Assembly: GCF_009914755.1 (NCBI RefSeq)
Contig: NC_060930.1
DNA from: the human T2T-CHM13v2.0 reference genome, Homo sapiens
Length of the DNA stretch: 64,000 nt
Reading direction: 5' to 3' (one strand)
This document shows positions 28,272 to 43,870 of this stretch, piece after piece (within the stretch, counting starts at the first letter, position 1; every line of letters starts with the position of its first letter). The position numbers and the translations under genes were made by a program. The notes beneath the pieces were generated by a model. That model was given only the letters and a program-made list of their open reading frames with translations. It had not been told where the DNA came from and did not search any database.

Positions 28272-28462
28272 TAATCACACAATTCCAATTAAGATTTGTT
28301 GCTATCTAGTCCACATATTTAATTTAAAACCTGTCTTAGGACAAACGTCCCAAATAAGTACCCTCTTCTTTTCTGTTTCTGTGTATCTTTTTTAATTGTG
28401 TTTAATCATGGTTTCTTAGGTTAAGACAAAGTGGATGAATACATTTGTCATCAAGAAATCTA

Positions 28463-28742
<280 letters not shown>

Positions 28743-29655
28743 GACATCTAAATGAATGCACTCCAGTATTGATGCCTCTGATCTGTTCTTAGCCATCAGG
28801 GGATTCTAAAGAACAGGAAAGAATGCTGGCTCAGATCTGTATGGACCATTGCTTAGCCTCTCTGAGCTGTGGTTTCCTTATCTGTTAATCTGCAGTGGTA
28901 GTGCCTACCCTGTATGATTCTTAAGATTTAATAGCTCATAAATAAAAAGCACCTGCTACAGTCCCCAGGACAGGGTAGGTCCTTGTCATAGCTACATAGC
29001 TTTTATTGGAGTCTTTAGTACCCCAGTTTCAGGGGCTTTTTAGATAACAGATAATAAGTTCCCTTAAGAAGAATCTAAGTTATTTTCTAATCCCTTAATT
29101 AAAAAAAATTTTTTTTCAGATGACTTTAAACTATGTGTATGGATGCACACATGTGTACACACACTAATGTGGTTGTGGGCTACTTTGCTGATACTTCTAA
29201 AAAAGCATTCATTTTAATAACATAGCTATTAAAGTTATAATTCAGAAAAAATGGAAAAATTTAAAATTACCACTTAAAATGATTAGTTTTAATATTTTTA
29301 TATTCTCTGCTCATATTTAGAAGTTAAACTACAACAACTCATTTGTTTGTGTGTAAACATACAGCATTAGCTGAACTTCCTTCATGGTGGTATTATTTTG
29401 GGCCACGTCAAAATAACTAATTTTACAAACCAACTTAAAAATTACATGATGTTTTGTTGTTTTCTTTACAACATATGATTCAAAGTATGGCAGTCTTGGG
29501 AGTTATTTTCTTTTAGAAAAAGTGATCTGAATGCTTAACACTCAATAATTTAGTGTAGCATATGCAGGATTTATAGTCTTTGGGTATAATAGTTCTCTTT
29601 TCCTTGATTTTCTGAATTTCTCTGCCAGTAACAATCAGCTTGTATCTTGTTATAG

Positions 29656-29751
<96 letters not shown>

Positions 29752-30773
29752 TGATCGTAGACATTTATAGAAGACAACAGCAGGTGAAGGAGGCAGATGT
29801 GCGCAGTAGTCAGTATTGGTTTTATATGTTTATTATTAAAAAAGAAACAATCTATAATTCCCATTAGAAAGGTTTTGTAACTGAATTTTGACATTGGTTT
29901 GGGGTGTCCTCACATATGAATTCTGGTTTTCTCTCCCTTTTTAAAAATCTGTACATCACCTCAGGCATGAGTTGTGAGTATTTTATATTTTATGTCAACC
30001 ATAGTAGTCTATCGTATATTATGATGTACTTGGATTTGTTAGGAAAATCTCTGCAAAGGGCTGGTCTGTGATCTTAACAGTCCTGGCATGTGGCCATTTT
30101 AGCATTCTGCTTTATAACTTAAATATCATGAAGGGGTACCATAGGTAAATTAGGTTTGTACAACTTCAGATAACTTAATATAAAACTCAGAACAATTAGC
30201 TTGCTGTCGAAATGTATGCCAGCAGCATCAGAGTTGTAGGCCTGGAGCCTAATTAATGCATGAGTATAGAGTTGTTCCTTCCAGACAGCGGTAAATAACG
30301 AGCAGCGTGATGACACTGGAGTGGGAAATGTTTGGCAGCTTTTCTAGCCGCTTCCATCTGAGTCTTTAAATGGATTCAGCGCCTCTTAAAAAATCAAAGG
30401 AAAGCCCAGGACTTAGAATCAGCACACTTAGGCACTAGCTTATAAAATATTCTGTTGTATAAAAAAAGAGAGAGAGTGCCTGTGTGCACATGCTGCCCTG
30501 TACCTAGCCACATGACTTCCAAAACCTGCTAATGCCTGATTTCCATTACGTGCTACTCCTCAAATGGCAGCGGCTTCTGAATATTACAGAGATGGTGTGC
30601 TGTTTGCTTTTCTCTTTTGTTGTAGCATAAAACTGTTCATTTTAGCTTAGTGACATTTGTCAAGAATAGCAACCTTTTTGCTTCCAAGGGACTTGAAGGA
30701 AGTTAAATTTAGATGCTTTCCTCTCTTCTTATTTTGTGGAGGTATTTCCTGTTCAGTAGCAAATCAGTTATAG

Positions 30774-30989
<216 letters not shown>

Positions 30990-32632
30990 TGAGGTGCTGG
31001 TGGAAGTTTTTTTTTCCCCAGCAAAGTTTCCCTTGATAGAGAGAAATCCAGATGTGAGCAGCAGTTAAGTAAGTGAGACCTTTTAAGCCCCTCGTTTGCA
31101 GGATCTCGGTGCTGATGAAAATCTGTAATATTTATTTAATTTTTCACCTGTCCACCTTATCTGGCTATAGATGACAGCTTGATTAAAACTGTACATTTTA
31201 TTATTTCTGAGAGACATTTAAGATTCCTTTTGTAATCTGTGGTATCATAATGCTCTATTAAATGCCAGAGCCCAGCTTTTAGCAGTCTGTAACCTGCGTG
31301 CCTTGGGATCATGGAATGTGAAGGGGTTTGGGTGTGTCATTTTAGGCACAATTTTTTTGTGTCAAGAAAAAAAAAAGATGAATTTCTATAGGTTTGAGTG
31401 TTTTTGAGCAGATGAGGGCAGCAAGTGGATTTTTCCTGTTGGCGGATGGGTGGATGGCACTTGGATGGGCAGAGAATGGAGAGCGTGTTCTGTTAGGAAC
31501 AAAAGCCACAAAATTGTGGTGCTAGATTGTGTCATGGGCATGAAAGAGTAAAACATACTTAGAGGTTATTGGGAAATAAATTTTGATTGTGAAGGAACTT
31601 GAAAGCTCTAGACTTGATGCAGGCATTAAGAAGCCATTAAAAGGGAGTAAAAAAAATCAATCCTCAAGGGAGAAGGATTTGCTGGTTATGGAGGGGAGAT
31701 TGGAAGATGCAGACACTGTCCAAGAGCCCAGCCAGAAGACCATCTCACTGTTGTAGTCTGAGCTTTGAGGGCCTAAAGATGTGGTACTGGGGAGAAGAGA
31801 ATGAAGCACATTTGCAGGCTTTTCCAAGGAACAGCTTTCAAGACTGGGGCATTCATGGGAGAAAGAGAAGGATGAGGGAGGTGTCCAGAGCCAGGCCACT
31901 ACGGCAAAAACGAGGAACCCTGATTGAAGTTTCGGGTTTTGAAGGGTTTGAAATGGGGAGTTTGGTTTTGAACTTGTGTTTGAGGTTATCCAAATTGAGA
32001 AATACAAAGCTTTGTATAACTTCAAGTAACTGAATGTAAAATGTAGAACAGTTTGCATGTCATGGGAATCTGTGCAGCCGCTGGCTTTCTCAGCCTGGAG
32101 GGTTTGGGAGAAGGCGGCATAGGAGGCATCCGAGGGAGGCAATGAGGTCCTCTGATGACGAAGACTCCTCTAGAGTTGGGGGCAGGGGCAGGGGGGACAG
32201 AGAAAGAAGGAATCCATGTATTCAGCAAACATGAAGAAAGTTGTCCCTCAGCAGCCAGTCCTCCTGCCCTGTGAGAGGTTGAGTTCTGACAGCGTCGCTG
32301 GTGCTCAGGGGCAGCAAAGCTTCCCGTACTGAAGAAGGGTCTCCCGCTGTCCCACACGCTGCCCAGCCTTTCACCAGAAACCTGCTGAAGCAATTGCTGT
32401 GCAGGAGGGAGCGGGGCAGGGACCCCAGCTGCCTGCTAGGTCCAGTGCAGACACACCAGAGGCTTTGAACTGCAGTCATCTGTAACAAATATGACCAAGT
32501 ATTTTCTATTTGATCGATTCTGTTAGAGTAATAGGCTGCATTTGGGTGATTTATCTGTATTGGATTTTATAGTTTTGAATATGCAAGACAGTGAAAGTCA
32601 TTCATTTACTGGAAAGTAATGTTTGTCATTAG

Positions 32633-32937
<305 letters not shown>

Positions 32938-33060
32938 CAACTTGTTTTTCTAACCTCTTAGTAAAGTGATTTACCAAGAACTGACAACAGCAGCCAACCA
33001 GATTAGGTCAGGTTGATGATTAATTGTAACTGAGCAGAGAAACCAGGTGTTGTCATTTGA

Positions 33061-33339
<279 letters not shown>

Positions 33340-35011
33340 TAATCTCCTAATTCCATCTGCCCTTTGCTTTTTGGATAACACTGGGTTAAAAAAGATTTTC
33401 TTCTGAAGCAGGGGTCTTGGATGCTAGTTGCAAGGCCCCAAGAAGTTCCTTATTGTGCAGCTCCTTCCCCCCGTCACAGCCTCTCTGTGCCTCTGTGCAC
33501 CAGGAACGGTGCTGAATGAGATGAGGTCACCCAGCCGTCCCTGGGACTCCGTTGGCAGCTGGAACAGGAGCCTGGCACCACACAGGAAACCAAAGGCAGC
33601 CTTTGCTTTTTGTGAATGAGGTTTTCACAGTGCGCCATGGAAATCGCAGAGAGAAAACCAAAAAAGCGAGATGTGGGATGGTTTTATTCACAAAACAATA
33701 ACGAAAACTTAAATTTTTCTTACCTCTGCTTAGTAATTTTGTTGTTTACCAGAGTCTATAGAAAACAAAAATCTAGTAGCATGTCTCCCTCAGACACCTG
33801 CAGGTAAGGTCTGTAATGTAGAATCCAGCCTCCGCTGGCGGCCTTGCTGCCTACCCAGCTCCCCTCTGGCCATGGGATCTAAGCCATGTTCATGGGGAGT
33901 GGTGAGCAAGCCCTCTGCTCAGCCATACTGGTGGCATCTGCGAGCTGGACACTGCTGAAAACGCCTGTCTCCAGCAGCCAGTTCTTAAAGGAGAACTGTG
34001 CTTGATGTACCTAATGCATATTTGTGAATTGTGTCTTGGACAGTTGGTTTGGGAGACTAACTTACGGGAGGAACTCACCTAAGCCCTGTCCTCCCTTACA
34101 GGACGTGGGCCCTATGCTCTTTAAATGCACACTTTTCCCGTCAGTTGGTGCCATTGTGGATTTGCCTTTCATTGTATATTAGAATATAACAGATTACATT
34201 TGTCTGTGTGAGAAAATAATGCAAGGGCAACTCTCAAAATTTTGATAGTGTTGATTTATTGATTTTCAAGTCCAGGTATGGTATAGTGACATTGTAATTC
34301 AGAATAGAAAACCATGTATTTCATCACTGTCTTTGCATAAACCTAAGTAGCTGATATAACATTGTTAGGTTTTAGATCTAAGTTTTATGGCAAAGTAACC
34401 CTTAAGTTACTAAAATTTGTGTATGTGTTCATGGAGCAGACATATATTGAGTGTTTCTTATATACCAAGCCCTCGTGCTGGATGTTTAGCATCCAGGGAT
34501 GGATAAGACAGCTGTGCCTTCAAGGAGCAAGAGGCCCTGGCGCAGAGACCACTGCAGCGCCTCGTTAGCTTCACAGGCAGGCTCGTGCTGTCTGCACACT
34601 CAGCAGTGACAGCAGGGTGTGGCCAGGGCGACACAACCTTCAGGGGATTCTGGAAGCTCATACTCCTCCAGGAAAGAGGGGGCTCTAGGCAAACATGAAG
34701 GCCTGAGCCCCCAGCTCATCTGAGGAAAAGCAGGTGGTCTGGAAGCGCCGCTAGGGCAGAGGTGGGGAGCATGTGTAGACGCCTCCCGGCGGGAAGGGAC
34801 CACCAGGGCCAGCTCGGGCCCCAGCGCTGCCGGTGCCATTCGGGGTTAAGGTCTGTCCAGCAGCAACGCGGGGCAGGGCTGGTGCCAAAAAGACCAGTTA
34901 AAGAATTGGAATTTGTGTCATGTTTAACTTGTTGGAGTTGTGAATAAAGAACACTGTGAGGTCGTAATGGGAGTGATATCTCAACGTTGTTTTGTTTTGC
35001 TTTCTTGTCAG

Positions 35012-35059
35012 ATTGCAGAAAAGCTGAGGCAGGCCCTCAGCCGCTTTCCAGTGATGTAG
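35012..35059 (+). CDS. SNX9: SNX9 last exon (~18), coding part IAEKLRQALSRFPVM*
   Basis: Polypyrimidine tract + tgtcag|ATT; TAG stop at 35057-35059. Confidence 0.96.
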   Translation: MAEKLRQALSRFPVM

Positions 35060-35496
35060 GACAGAACGGGCCTTGAAGAGAATGCCGCGTGCTTTCTCCT
35101 GACTTGGGGCAATGCAATTCAAAACTTTTTTTCCCCTATTATTCAGAAAAAAAAGGAAACAAAACCAAAAAGAAAGAGTTGCAAAAAACTGCATTTATTT
35201 TATTAGCCACCCTAAATGCGTCAGTTATTTAGGGATGGTCTTTTGTTCATTTCCGCATCCATTATTTAAACCAGTGGAAATTGTCTCTATTTTTGGAAAG
35301 TACTTAAAAGTTACCAGAATTTTCAATGGAAAATGAGGGGTTTCTCCCCACTGATATTTTACATAGAGTCATAATTTATATGTCTTATAAATTATAAGTC
35401 TTATATAATTTATAAGTCTCCCACAATCTTCCAGTTCTTACCCAGTGTCAGATAATTAATTACTAATTACTTTCTTAAAAACATGAACTATGCCAG

Positions 35497-35502
35497 AATA
35501 AA
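35497..35502 (+). terminator. Proximal poly(A) signal AATAAA
   Basis: AATAAA followed by GU/U-rich tgtttgtatattttt. Confidence 0.6.
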
Positions 35503-36702
35503 AAATATCTATGTTTGTATATTTTTATAACTCCTTTCAGTCCTCTGGGGCTCCTGTCATTGAGGGAAGTCGTTACGCCTTTCACTGCCACAGTTACAGC
35601 TCAAGTGCTTACACTTCAAGAGGGAGGACGCTGGGGGCCCCTGGGGCTGCTAGTGCCATCGTGGTGTGTGGCAGGTGGGCCATCCCATGTCCCTCCAGGG
35701 GGACCCCACAGCCTGGCAGATGAGCAGATACCCCTGGCCACCCATGTCCTCAGCGACATTTCTGATGTGCTGCTCTTATGTGAGGACCAGTGCTTTCTCT
35801 CTTTGCACTTCCTTCCTAATCTTGGTTAAGGCATGTTTTATGCCATGAAGAATACATTAGAAGAATTGAGGGACTTTGTAGAGAATTTTGTGGCTTTGGT
35901 CCGACGGGTGAGTGGCTGTGCGGAGGCCTGTGTTCGGGAGGGCCTGGGGGAAGGAGGGCACCCAGCACCCCGGCGTCTCTGGCCCTTTCTTATTCTTTGG
36001 CTCCTCATCCACCGTGATGAGAAGCGCTGCTGTGGCCACGGCACACTGCTTGGCTTGGGTGGCGGGTTCATGGCCAGTTGGTGTCATCAGCAAAGAGAAA
36101 AAGCACAGGTTAGCTCCCCATTAGATGGAAAAGTGTAGGGACTGAGAAGGGCTGCAGCCTCAGCAGTGTACAGAGTCCCCGGCGCTCTGAGGTTGGAGAG
36201 AAAGAACAGACCAGCGCCCTTCCTGACTACATCCGAAACTTCACACAGGGTGTTTCTGAGCACCAGCACTTCCAGCGCTTCACTTAACGGCATAAAGCAA
36301 AACAGGACCTTGGCACACCGTCAGCTCGAACTCAACACTGGCAGCCACCGTCTCACCCCTGCGGAGGAGCGCTCCCGTCTCCCACAGGTGCCTTACCGCG
36401 TTCCCTCCCGCTGCTTTCATTTTTCTGACCTAATAATTACGGGAAATGGAAAGTCTGGGCCAGCATCAATAAAATGACACCAAAAATAAGTAGATGAAAT
36501 CAAATGAATATGAGAACATCTTGTTCTTCAATATCACGGGTTTTTGTTAATGTTTCATAAGTAATTCTCCCCACTTGATTTTTCTTCTATAAAATCCCAT
36601 AGAACAATGTTTATGCTATAGCCATTTAATATATGTACAAATTGTAAAGAATATGTATAAATGTTTTACACGAATGTAAGAGCATGTAGAAGCCAACATA
36701 TA

Positions 36703-36708
36703 AATAAA
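36703..36708 (+). terminator. Distal poly(A) signal AATAAA
   Basis: Five upstream TGTA motifs (36634-36688) and a GU-rich downstream element (~36768-36795). Confidence 0.75.
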
Positions 36709-37905
36709 TTGTTTAAAAAAACTGTACAGTAAATTCTCAAAGCACTTTTTCAAAACACTTTTTGGACTTTGTGTGTGATTTTTGTTGTTGTTGTTAAGTA
36801 CTTTTTATTCCAGCTGCTGAAAATGGTCCAGGTAATGAATTCTTCCCCAAATCCTATTTCTTCTGACATGAATTCATCATTTCAGTTCCGTAGGTCAGTG
36901 TTGCGGTCCGGGAAGCGTATCATAACCACCTGGGAGTTGCCAAGAAGCAGACAGTCTCCCAGTGTCTGACTCTCGGATATTTGGATTTGACTGGTGTGAG
37001 GCAAAGTGAAAAAGGGATGGGGGAAATGGAGATGGCACGGGCTCCTCAGAGCGTGGTAGCCGACTGTGAGGAAAAGCAGAGGGAATGTGAAAGAAAATAA
37101 GAGAATCCACGGGATTTGATGCCTGGAAGATTCTCCTTCAAGTGGCAACATGGCATATATATCCTTCTCCGGGGAGTCACATGCACCATTTGGTTCTTAG
37201 ATACGTTGATGTTTTGATTTTTAATGATTTGTATCAACCTGTAGGTACCACAGAAGAGCTGTAGTCATACAATCACATAACTTTTACAAATATAGTGGAA
37301 AAAAAGTCAGTATTTGGAGAGGAGAGATGAAGGCGTGGTGGAAGAAAAGGTCAGTCTCGTTGTCAAGCAAGTGACGTCAGTTGCCTCCCACCAGGAGCAG
37401 CAGTCCCGGGATGTCAACCCACTGCATGGTTTGTAGGTGTTGGGGTCACCAAGAAAGATGACTCACAGAGGCACTGGGTGGAACAACGTAACTTGATTCA
37501 TTTTCTTATTGGTGACTTTATTCACTTTCTTTCTTTTGTGGTAGCTTTATTCATTTTCTTATTCTGTCATTTTAAAAATGTTTTCTTACAAAAGTACCTG
37601 CTGGGTCTGGGGTTTGATGTTGCCCTACTTACAAACAAGTAATTTAGTCTGTTGCTGTTCCATGGATACTGGAAGGGGCCATGAGACTCGTGGGTCTACT
37701 CACATAGAGAAGAGACAGCATGATCTACTTCTGTCATGGGCTTCAGTCCCAGGGAGATGGTCTGTGGGCACCCCCCATCCCCCCGCCCCCGGTGGGCAGC
37801 GTTGACAGGCTGTGCATGGCAGCCTCTCCCGGCACCACTGGTCTACATCTTCACTAAATCCATAGATCCCTGCCTAACAACTGGGAATCCAGAATCTCAC
37901 AGTCT

Positions 37906-38196
<291 letters not shown>

Positions 38197-39505
38197 TAAA
38201 GTAGTCAAAGTAAAAAAGGTGTGATGGCTGAGCAGAACTGAACAGTGATGGGTGAGAATGGCCCTGTTTTTCCTGTGTGTGTGTAACTCAATTTTCCCAA
38301 CCTGTTCGATTTTAAATCCCTTTCCGCAAGCAAGTAGGAAGAATGAGTTCCCCTTTTGGGAGAATATTTTCCGTGGGTCTCTCGCACTCCACCTGGCTTT
38401 TTTGCTGGCTGTGTCAAGAACACAGAGCCCTGACTGCTCTTCACCCAGGCCGCCCCTCCACACTGCATCTGTAGCAAGCTACTTGAGGGACAAGGTCATG
38501 TTTTGGAAGGAGTATGGGCTTGCCTGCTGCTTGCTGTAAAACAGTGGGTTTTCCAGCTCCAGGTCCTCCTCTAACAACCCACTGTCTGAGCAGGCACCCT
38601 CTGGCCACTCAAGGTTCCACCAGGGGACTGGCAGGGCAAGGAGAACTGGAGTTTGTGTTGCTTGCTGTGTCATGGCTCATCAAGTCCTTTGCCCCTGACC
38701 CAGGAGACTGTCTCATGTCCCCTGCCAGTATCCATGGAACAGTAACAGACGTTTGCTTGTAAGTAGGGCAACATCAAATCCCTGACCCAGCAGGTGCTTT
38801 TGTAAGAAAACATTTTTTAAATGACAGAATAAATGAATAAGGCCACCAAAAAGACATACACTAGCCTAGACTGTTGGAAGATGAGGAATGGTCTTTCACA
38901 CCCCGTCAGCATACAGTAGAAAAGAACAAGCAAGTTGAGATTTCATCAAAGCAGAAATGAGAATGTTTTGAATGCCATTGGCAATTCAACGGACAAAAAG
39001 CAAGGTTGTCTGAAGACCATGAATCCCCATGGGGAGAGGATGGCTTCGTTTCTGACTTGACAATAAGCTCAGAGGTCTTTGGGTGGGATCCATATCTTAG
39101 AAAAAATTGCCAAGTCCAGTGAATCATTCTGTAGGATTTGTAGAACTCTGAAGACAGAATGAGAGTGAGGTCATGTGAGCTTGACTCCAGGAACCATGTG
39201 AGCTTTGAAAGAACCACTCTTTCGAAGCACTATTCTTCAAAGGTTGGGGAACTTCCCACCTGGCTCGACTCTGAGAGGAGGAGGTACCTAGTGCTGGGTG
39301 AGGGAGGCCAAGAGGTGGGCTTAGGGGAAGTCATTAATTCTGGAGAGAAGCCACTGGCTGTACTGAAAACATGCTAGCTTGCCAGCAAGCTGGAAAGGAC
39401 TGCTCTGCTGGGTACGAGGTGGTGGTGAGCATGGGCGTAGGTGGCTGCCACCACTAAATGTCCAAGGCTGCAGGGAACAGGTAGCTCCATCAGTTGTCCT
39501 TAAAA

Positions 39506-39679
39506 CAGTAGTTCTCCACCAGAAGTACTTGTGCTCTCCAGGACTCACTTGGCTGTTCCTGGAGACAGTTACTGAGGGGTGTTACTGTCATCTAGTGGAT
39601 CCTACAGTGCACAGCACAGCCTCCGTGATAAAGAACTATCTGCCCAAAACATCAGTAATGTCAAGGTTGAGAAGCCCTG
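39506..39679. mobile_element. MER20-like hAT MITE
   Basis: cagtagttctc ... aaggttgagaagccctg termini. Confidence 0.7.
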
Positions 39680-40807
39680 CTTTAAAGCAGACAACTGCTA
39701 TTTGCCTTGTGGTCAATAGGTATTTTCAGGTACATTCAGAAGGAGCTCAAATGCCTGTGGATAAGGATAAAAAGCCATTATCAATAAAATCTAAGAGGCC
39801 CAGAAATAGAGTGACAGGGAAATCTCTAAAAATGCAGAACTGGGGCTAGGAGGTAGGCCATGGCCTATTAAGGATTCAGCTTCTCCATTTGTTCTTTGGG
39901 GGTGTAATTAGGAGTGATCTTTGTTATAAAGTCGTGTTTTTCTGAATTTTTTTTACAATGAGGTTGTATTATAATCCAAAAAAATTTAAGCTGTTAGATT
40001 TGGTTTCCCAAATCACGTGTTGACTAAACGTTCATTAGTACCGGCTACGAACCAGGCACTGATTTGCCTTTCCACATACAAATCTCATTTCCTGCTTATA
40101 CTATGGGATGTGGGAATCGTCAGAAGGTTGGAGACTTTCCTTCCAGTGAAGAAACACTTGGTAATGTAAAGATATTTGAATTGTCAGGAACCAAGAGTCC
40201 TAACTCTGATGCCAATACCTGTCACTTGAACGAGTCAGTGAGCTGCTGTCTACTCATCTCCAGCGTGCAGGGATGAAAACAGATGCATCCAAAAGCCCTT
40301 CCCACCTGCGGGACCCTCCCTACATCACTTAGAGAAGAGCAGGGACATGGTTCCAGGCCAGGGGCAGCACCTCTGAAACAGACTCCCAAGGCCTGCCTCC
40401 CAAGTGTCCCCCTAGGTGACCCTGACAGAGTCACCTACAAAGGTGGCAGATGCTCTTTTTCCCTTGTTTCAGTATCTTACGGAGGCATGGATTTCTGTTA
40501 TTCCATGTATTACAATTATTTACACACATAATTTTTAGATCCTCATTTGTCCCAAATTTGGCTATTGGGAATCTCTCTTATGTAAATTGGTTGATTATTG
40601 TGGTCTCATGTAATTTTGTATCCTTTATCTGTGCTTTCTTTGTGTTTTTTTCATGCTATGGCAGTCTTCATAATGACCCTACACATAAGTCTATATACCA
40701 GTTTCCAAGAGTTGGACATTTAGATGTGAAATTTTTCTTTAGCTTTTATTTCTGACTACATCAGTGAGCACTAATGCACCATCGTCATGGGGTAATTAAG
40801 ACAAAGA

Positions 40808-41130
40808 TTTTTTTATTTTATTGTAAAATATACATAGCATGAAATGTACCATTTTAGCCATTTTTAAGTGCACAGTTCTGTGGCATTAAGTGCTTTTACA
40901 TTGTTGTGTAACCATCACCATCATCCATCTCCAGACCTTTTTCATCTTCCCAAACTGAAACCCTATACCCATTAAACAGTAATTCCCCACTTCTTCTCCA
41001 CCCTGGCACCCACCCTTCTACTCTCTGTCTCTATGACTGTGACTGCTCTAGGGACCTCATAGGTGGAATTAGTTGATATATATTCTCTATGACTGACCTA
41101 GTTCACTTAGCATGATGTCTACAAGGTCTA
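40808..41130 (-). mobile_element. L1MB-like 3' end fragment
   Basis: ccatttttaagtgcacagttctgtggcattaag...accatcaccatcatccatctccag. Confidence 0.7.
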
Positions 41131-41229
41131 TCATAAAGATTTCTCCATGTGTTTTCTCATAAGAATTTTTATAGGTTTGATTCTGAAAAGACAAAGTATT
41201 TTTAAAGTATAGTTGTAAAACATAGGGAG

Positions 41230-43870
41230 ACCTACTCAAACTACTCCAAAAAATAGAGGAGGGAATACTTCCAAATTCATTCTACTAGGCCAGTATTACC
41301 CTGATATCAAAACCAGACAAAGACACATCAAAAAAAGAAAACTACAAGCCAATATCTCTGATGAATGTTGATGCAAAAATCCTGAACAAAATACTAGCAA
41401 ACCGAATTCAACAATACATTAAAAAGATCATTCATCATGACCAAATGAGATTTATCTCTGGGATGCAAGGATGGTTCAACATTTGTAATGTATCACAACA
41501 AATCAATGTGATACATTATCGAAACAGAATGAAGGATAAAAATCATATCATTTCAATTGATGCTGAAAAGGCATTTGACAAAATTCAACATCCCTTCATG
41601 ATAAAAAAAAAAAAACCCTTTAAAAAGGGATAAAAGGAACATACCTCAGCATAATAAAAGCCATATGCAACACACCCCCAGATAGTATCATTACTAAATG
41701 GGAAAAACCTGAAAGCCTTTCCCCTAAGATCTGGATGCTCACTTTCACTACTTAACACAGCCTAGCTATGACGAGAAAGAAAAAGCATCCCAATTGGAAT
41801 GGAAGAAGTCAAATTATCCTCGTTTGCAGATGATATGATCTTATACTTGAAAAAAACCTGAAGAGTCTACACACAAAAGCACTTATAGAACTGATAAATT
41901 CAGTAAAGTTACAGGATACAAAATCAACATACAAAAATCAGTAGTGGTTCTATATGCCAACAGTGAGCAATCTGAAAAAGAAACTTTAAAAAGTGATCTC
42001 ATTTACAATAGCCACACATAAAATTAAATACCTAGGAATTAACCAAAGAAGTGTAAGATCCCTATAATGAAAACTATAAAACACTGATGAAAAATTGAAA
42101 AAGACACCAAAAATGGAAAAATATTCCATGTTCATGGATTAGAAGAAAAAATATTGTTAAAATGTCCATACTACCCAAAACAATCTACAGATTCAATGCA
42201 ATCCCTATCCAAATACCAACAACATTCTTAAATTTTAAAAAATCCTAAAATTTATATGGAATGACAAAAGACGCAGAATAGCTGAAGCTATCCTCAACAA
42301 AAAGAACAAGACATTACCTGACTTCAAATTATATGACAAAGCTATAGTAACCAAAACAGCATGACACTGGCATAAAAACAACTACATAGACCAATGGAAC
42401 AGAATAGAGAACCCAGAAACAAACCCACACACTTGTGAATTCATTTTCAAAAAAGGTGCTGAGAACATATGCTGGGGAAGACAGTATCTTAAATGGTGCT
42501 GGGAAAACTGGATATCAATATGCAGAAGAATGAAACTAGACTGCTGTCTCTTGCCATACACAAAAATAAAATTAAAATGGATTTAAGACTTAAATCTAAG
42601 ACCTCAAACTACGAAACTACTACAAGAAAACATTGAGGAAAGTCTCCAGGACATTGGTCTGGGCAAAAATTTCTTGAGCAGTACCCCAAAACCATAGGTA
42701 ACCAAAGCAAACATGGAAAGATGGGATCAAATCAAGTTAAAAAGCTTCTGCAGAGCAAAGGAACCAATCAGCCAAGTATAGAGACAACCCACAGAATGGA
42801 AGAAAATATTTGCAAACTACCCATCTGACAAGGGATTGATAACCAGAATATATAAGGATCTCAAACAACTCTATAGGAAAAAATCTTATTATCTGATCAA
42901 AAAATGAGCAAAATATTTGAATAGACATTTCTCAAAAGAATACACACAAATGGCAAACAGGCATATGAAAAGGTGCCCAACATCACTGATCATCAGAGAA
43001 ATGCAAATCAAAACAACAATGAGGTGTCATCTCACCCCAGTTAAAATGGCTTTTATCTAAAAAGCAGTAACAAATGCCAGTGAGGATTTTGAGAAAAAGG
43101 AACCCTCATACACTGTTGATGGGAATGTAAATTAGTGCACCCACTATGGACAATAGTTTGGAGGTTCCTCAAAAAACTAAAAGTAAAGCTACCATATGAT
43201 CCAGCAATCCCACTGCTGGGTATCTACCCAAAAGAAAGGAAGTCAGTATATCAAAGAGATGTCTGCACTCCCATGTTAGTTGCAGCACTGTTCACAATCG
43301 CCAAGATTTGGAAGCAACCCAAGTGTCCATCAACAGATGAATGGATAAAGAAAATGTGGTACATATACACAATGGAGTACTATTCAGCCATAAAAAGAAT
43401 GAGATCCTGTCATTTGCAACAACATGGATGGAACTGGAGATTATTATGTTAAGTGAAATAAGTCAGGCACAGAAAGACAAACATCTCATGTTCTCACTCA
43501 TTTGTGGGAACTAAAAGTTAGAACAAACTCATGGACATAGAGACTTGAAGGATAGTTACCAGAGGCTGGGAAGTGTAGTGGGGAGGCTGAAGGTGGGGAG
43601 GTGGGGATGGTTAATGGGTACAAAAAAAAATAGAATAGGACATACTATTTGATCACACAACAGCGTGACTATAGTCAATAACAACTGTACATTTTAAAAC
43701 AAGTAGAAGTGTAACTGGATTGTTTGTAACACATAGGATAAATGCTGGAGGGGATGGCTACCCCATTCTCCATGAGGTGATTATTTCACATTGCATGCCT
43801 GCATCAAAACATCTCATGTACCCCACCAATATATACACCTACTATGTACCCACAAAAGTTAGAAAAAAAA
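41230..43870 (+). mobile_element. 5'-truncated L1MA-type LINE-1 (disrupted ORF2 RT/C-terminus + 3' UTR)
   Basis: ORF2 remnants [28 protein letters not shown] and [26 protein letters not shown]; L1MA-type 3' end with A-tail. Confidence 0.9.

Larger units (their letters stand above)
35060..36730 (+). other. SNX9: SNX9 3' UTR (may extend to ~37300)
   Basis: Non-repetitive sequence after the stop, with AATAAA at 35497, 36468 and 36703. Confidence 0.8.

Noticed and set aside
31657-32142. 161-aa minus-strand ORF
   Set aside because: Ser/Phe/Leu-rich translation of purine-skewed, probably L2-like sequence
35012-35075. Alternative acceptor 7 nt into the last exon (attgcag) giving a different C-terminus
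   Set aside because: Possible on paper, but the first AG after the pyrimidine tract is normally used; no evidence in the sequence
37299-37305. Possible transcript end at an A-run
   Set aside because: No canonical AATAAA upstream; a genomic A7 could cause oligo-dT internal priming, so it is not called a poly(A) site
41361-43452. Reverse-transcriptase-like ORFs
   Set aside because: Fragments of a 5'-truncated, frameshifted L1 ORF2; not an active element or novel RT system
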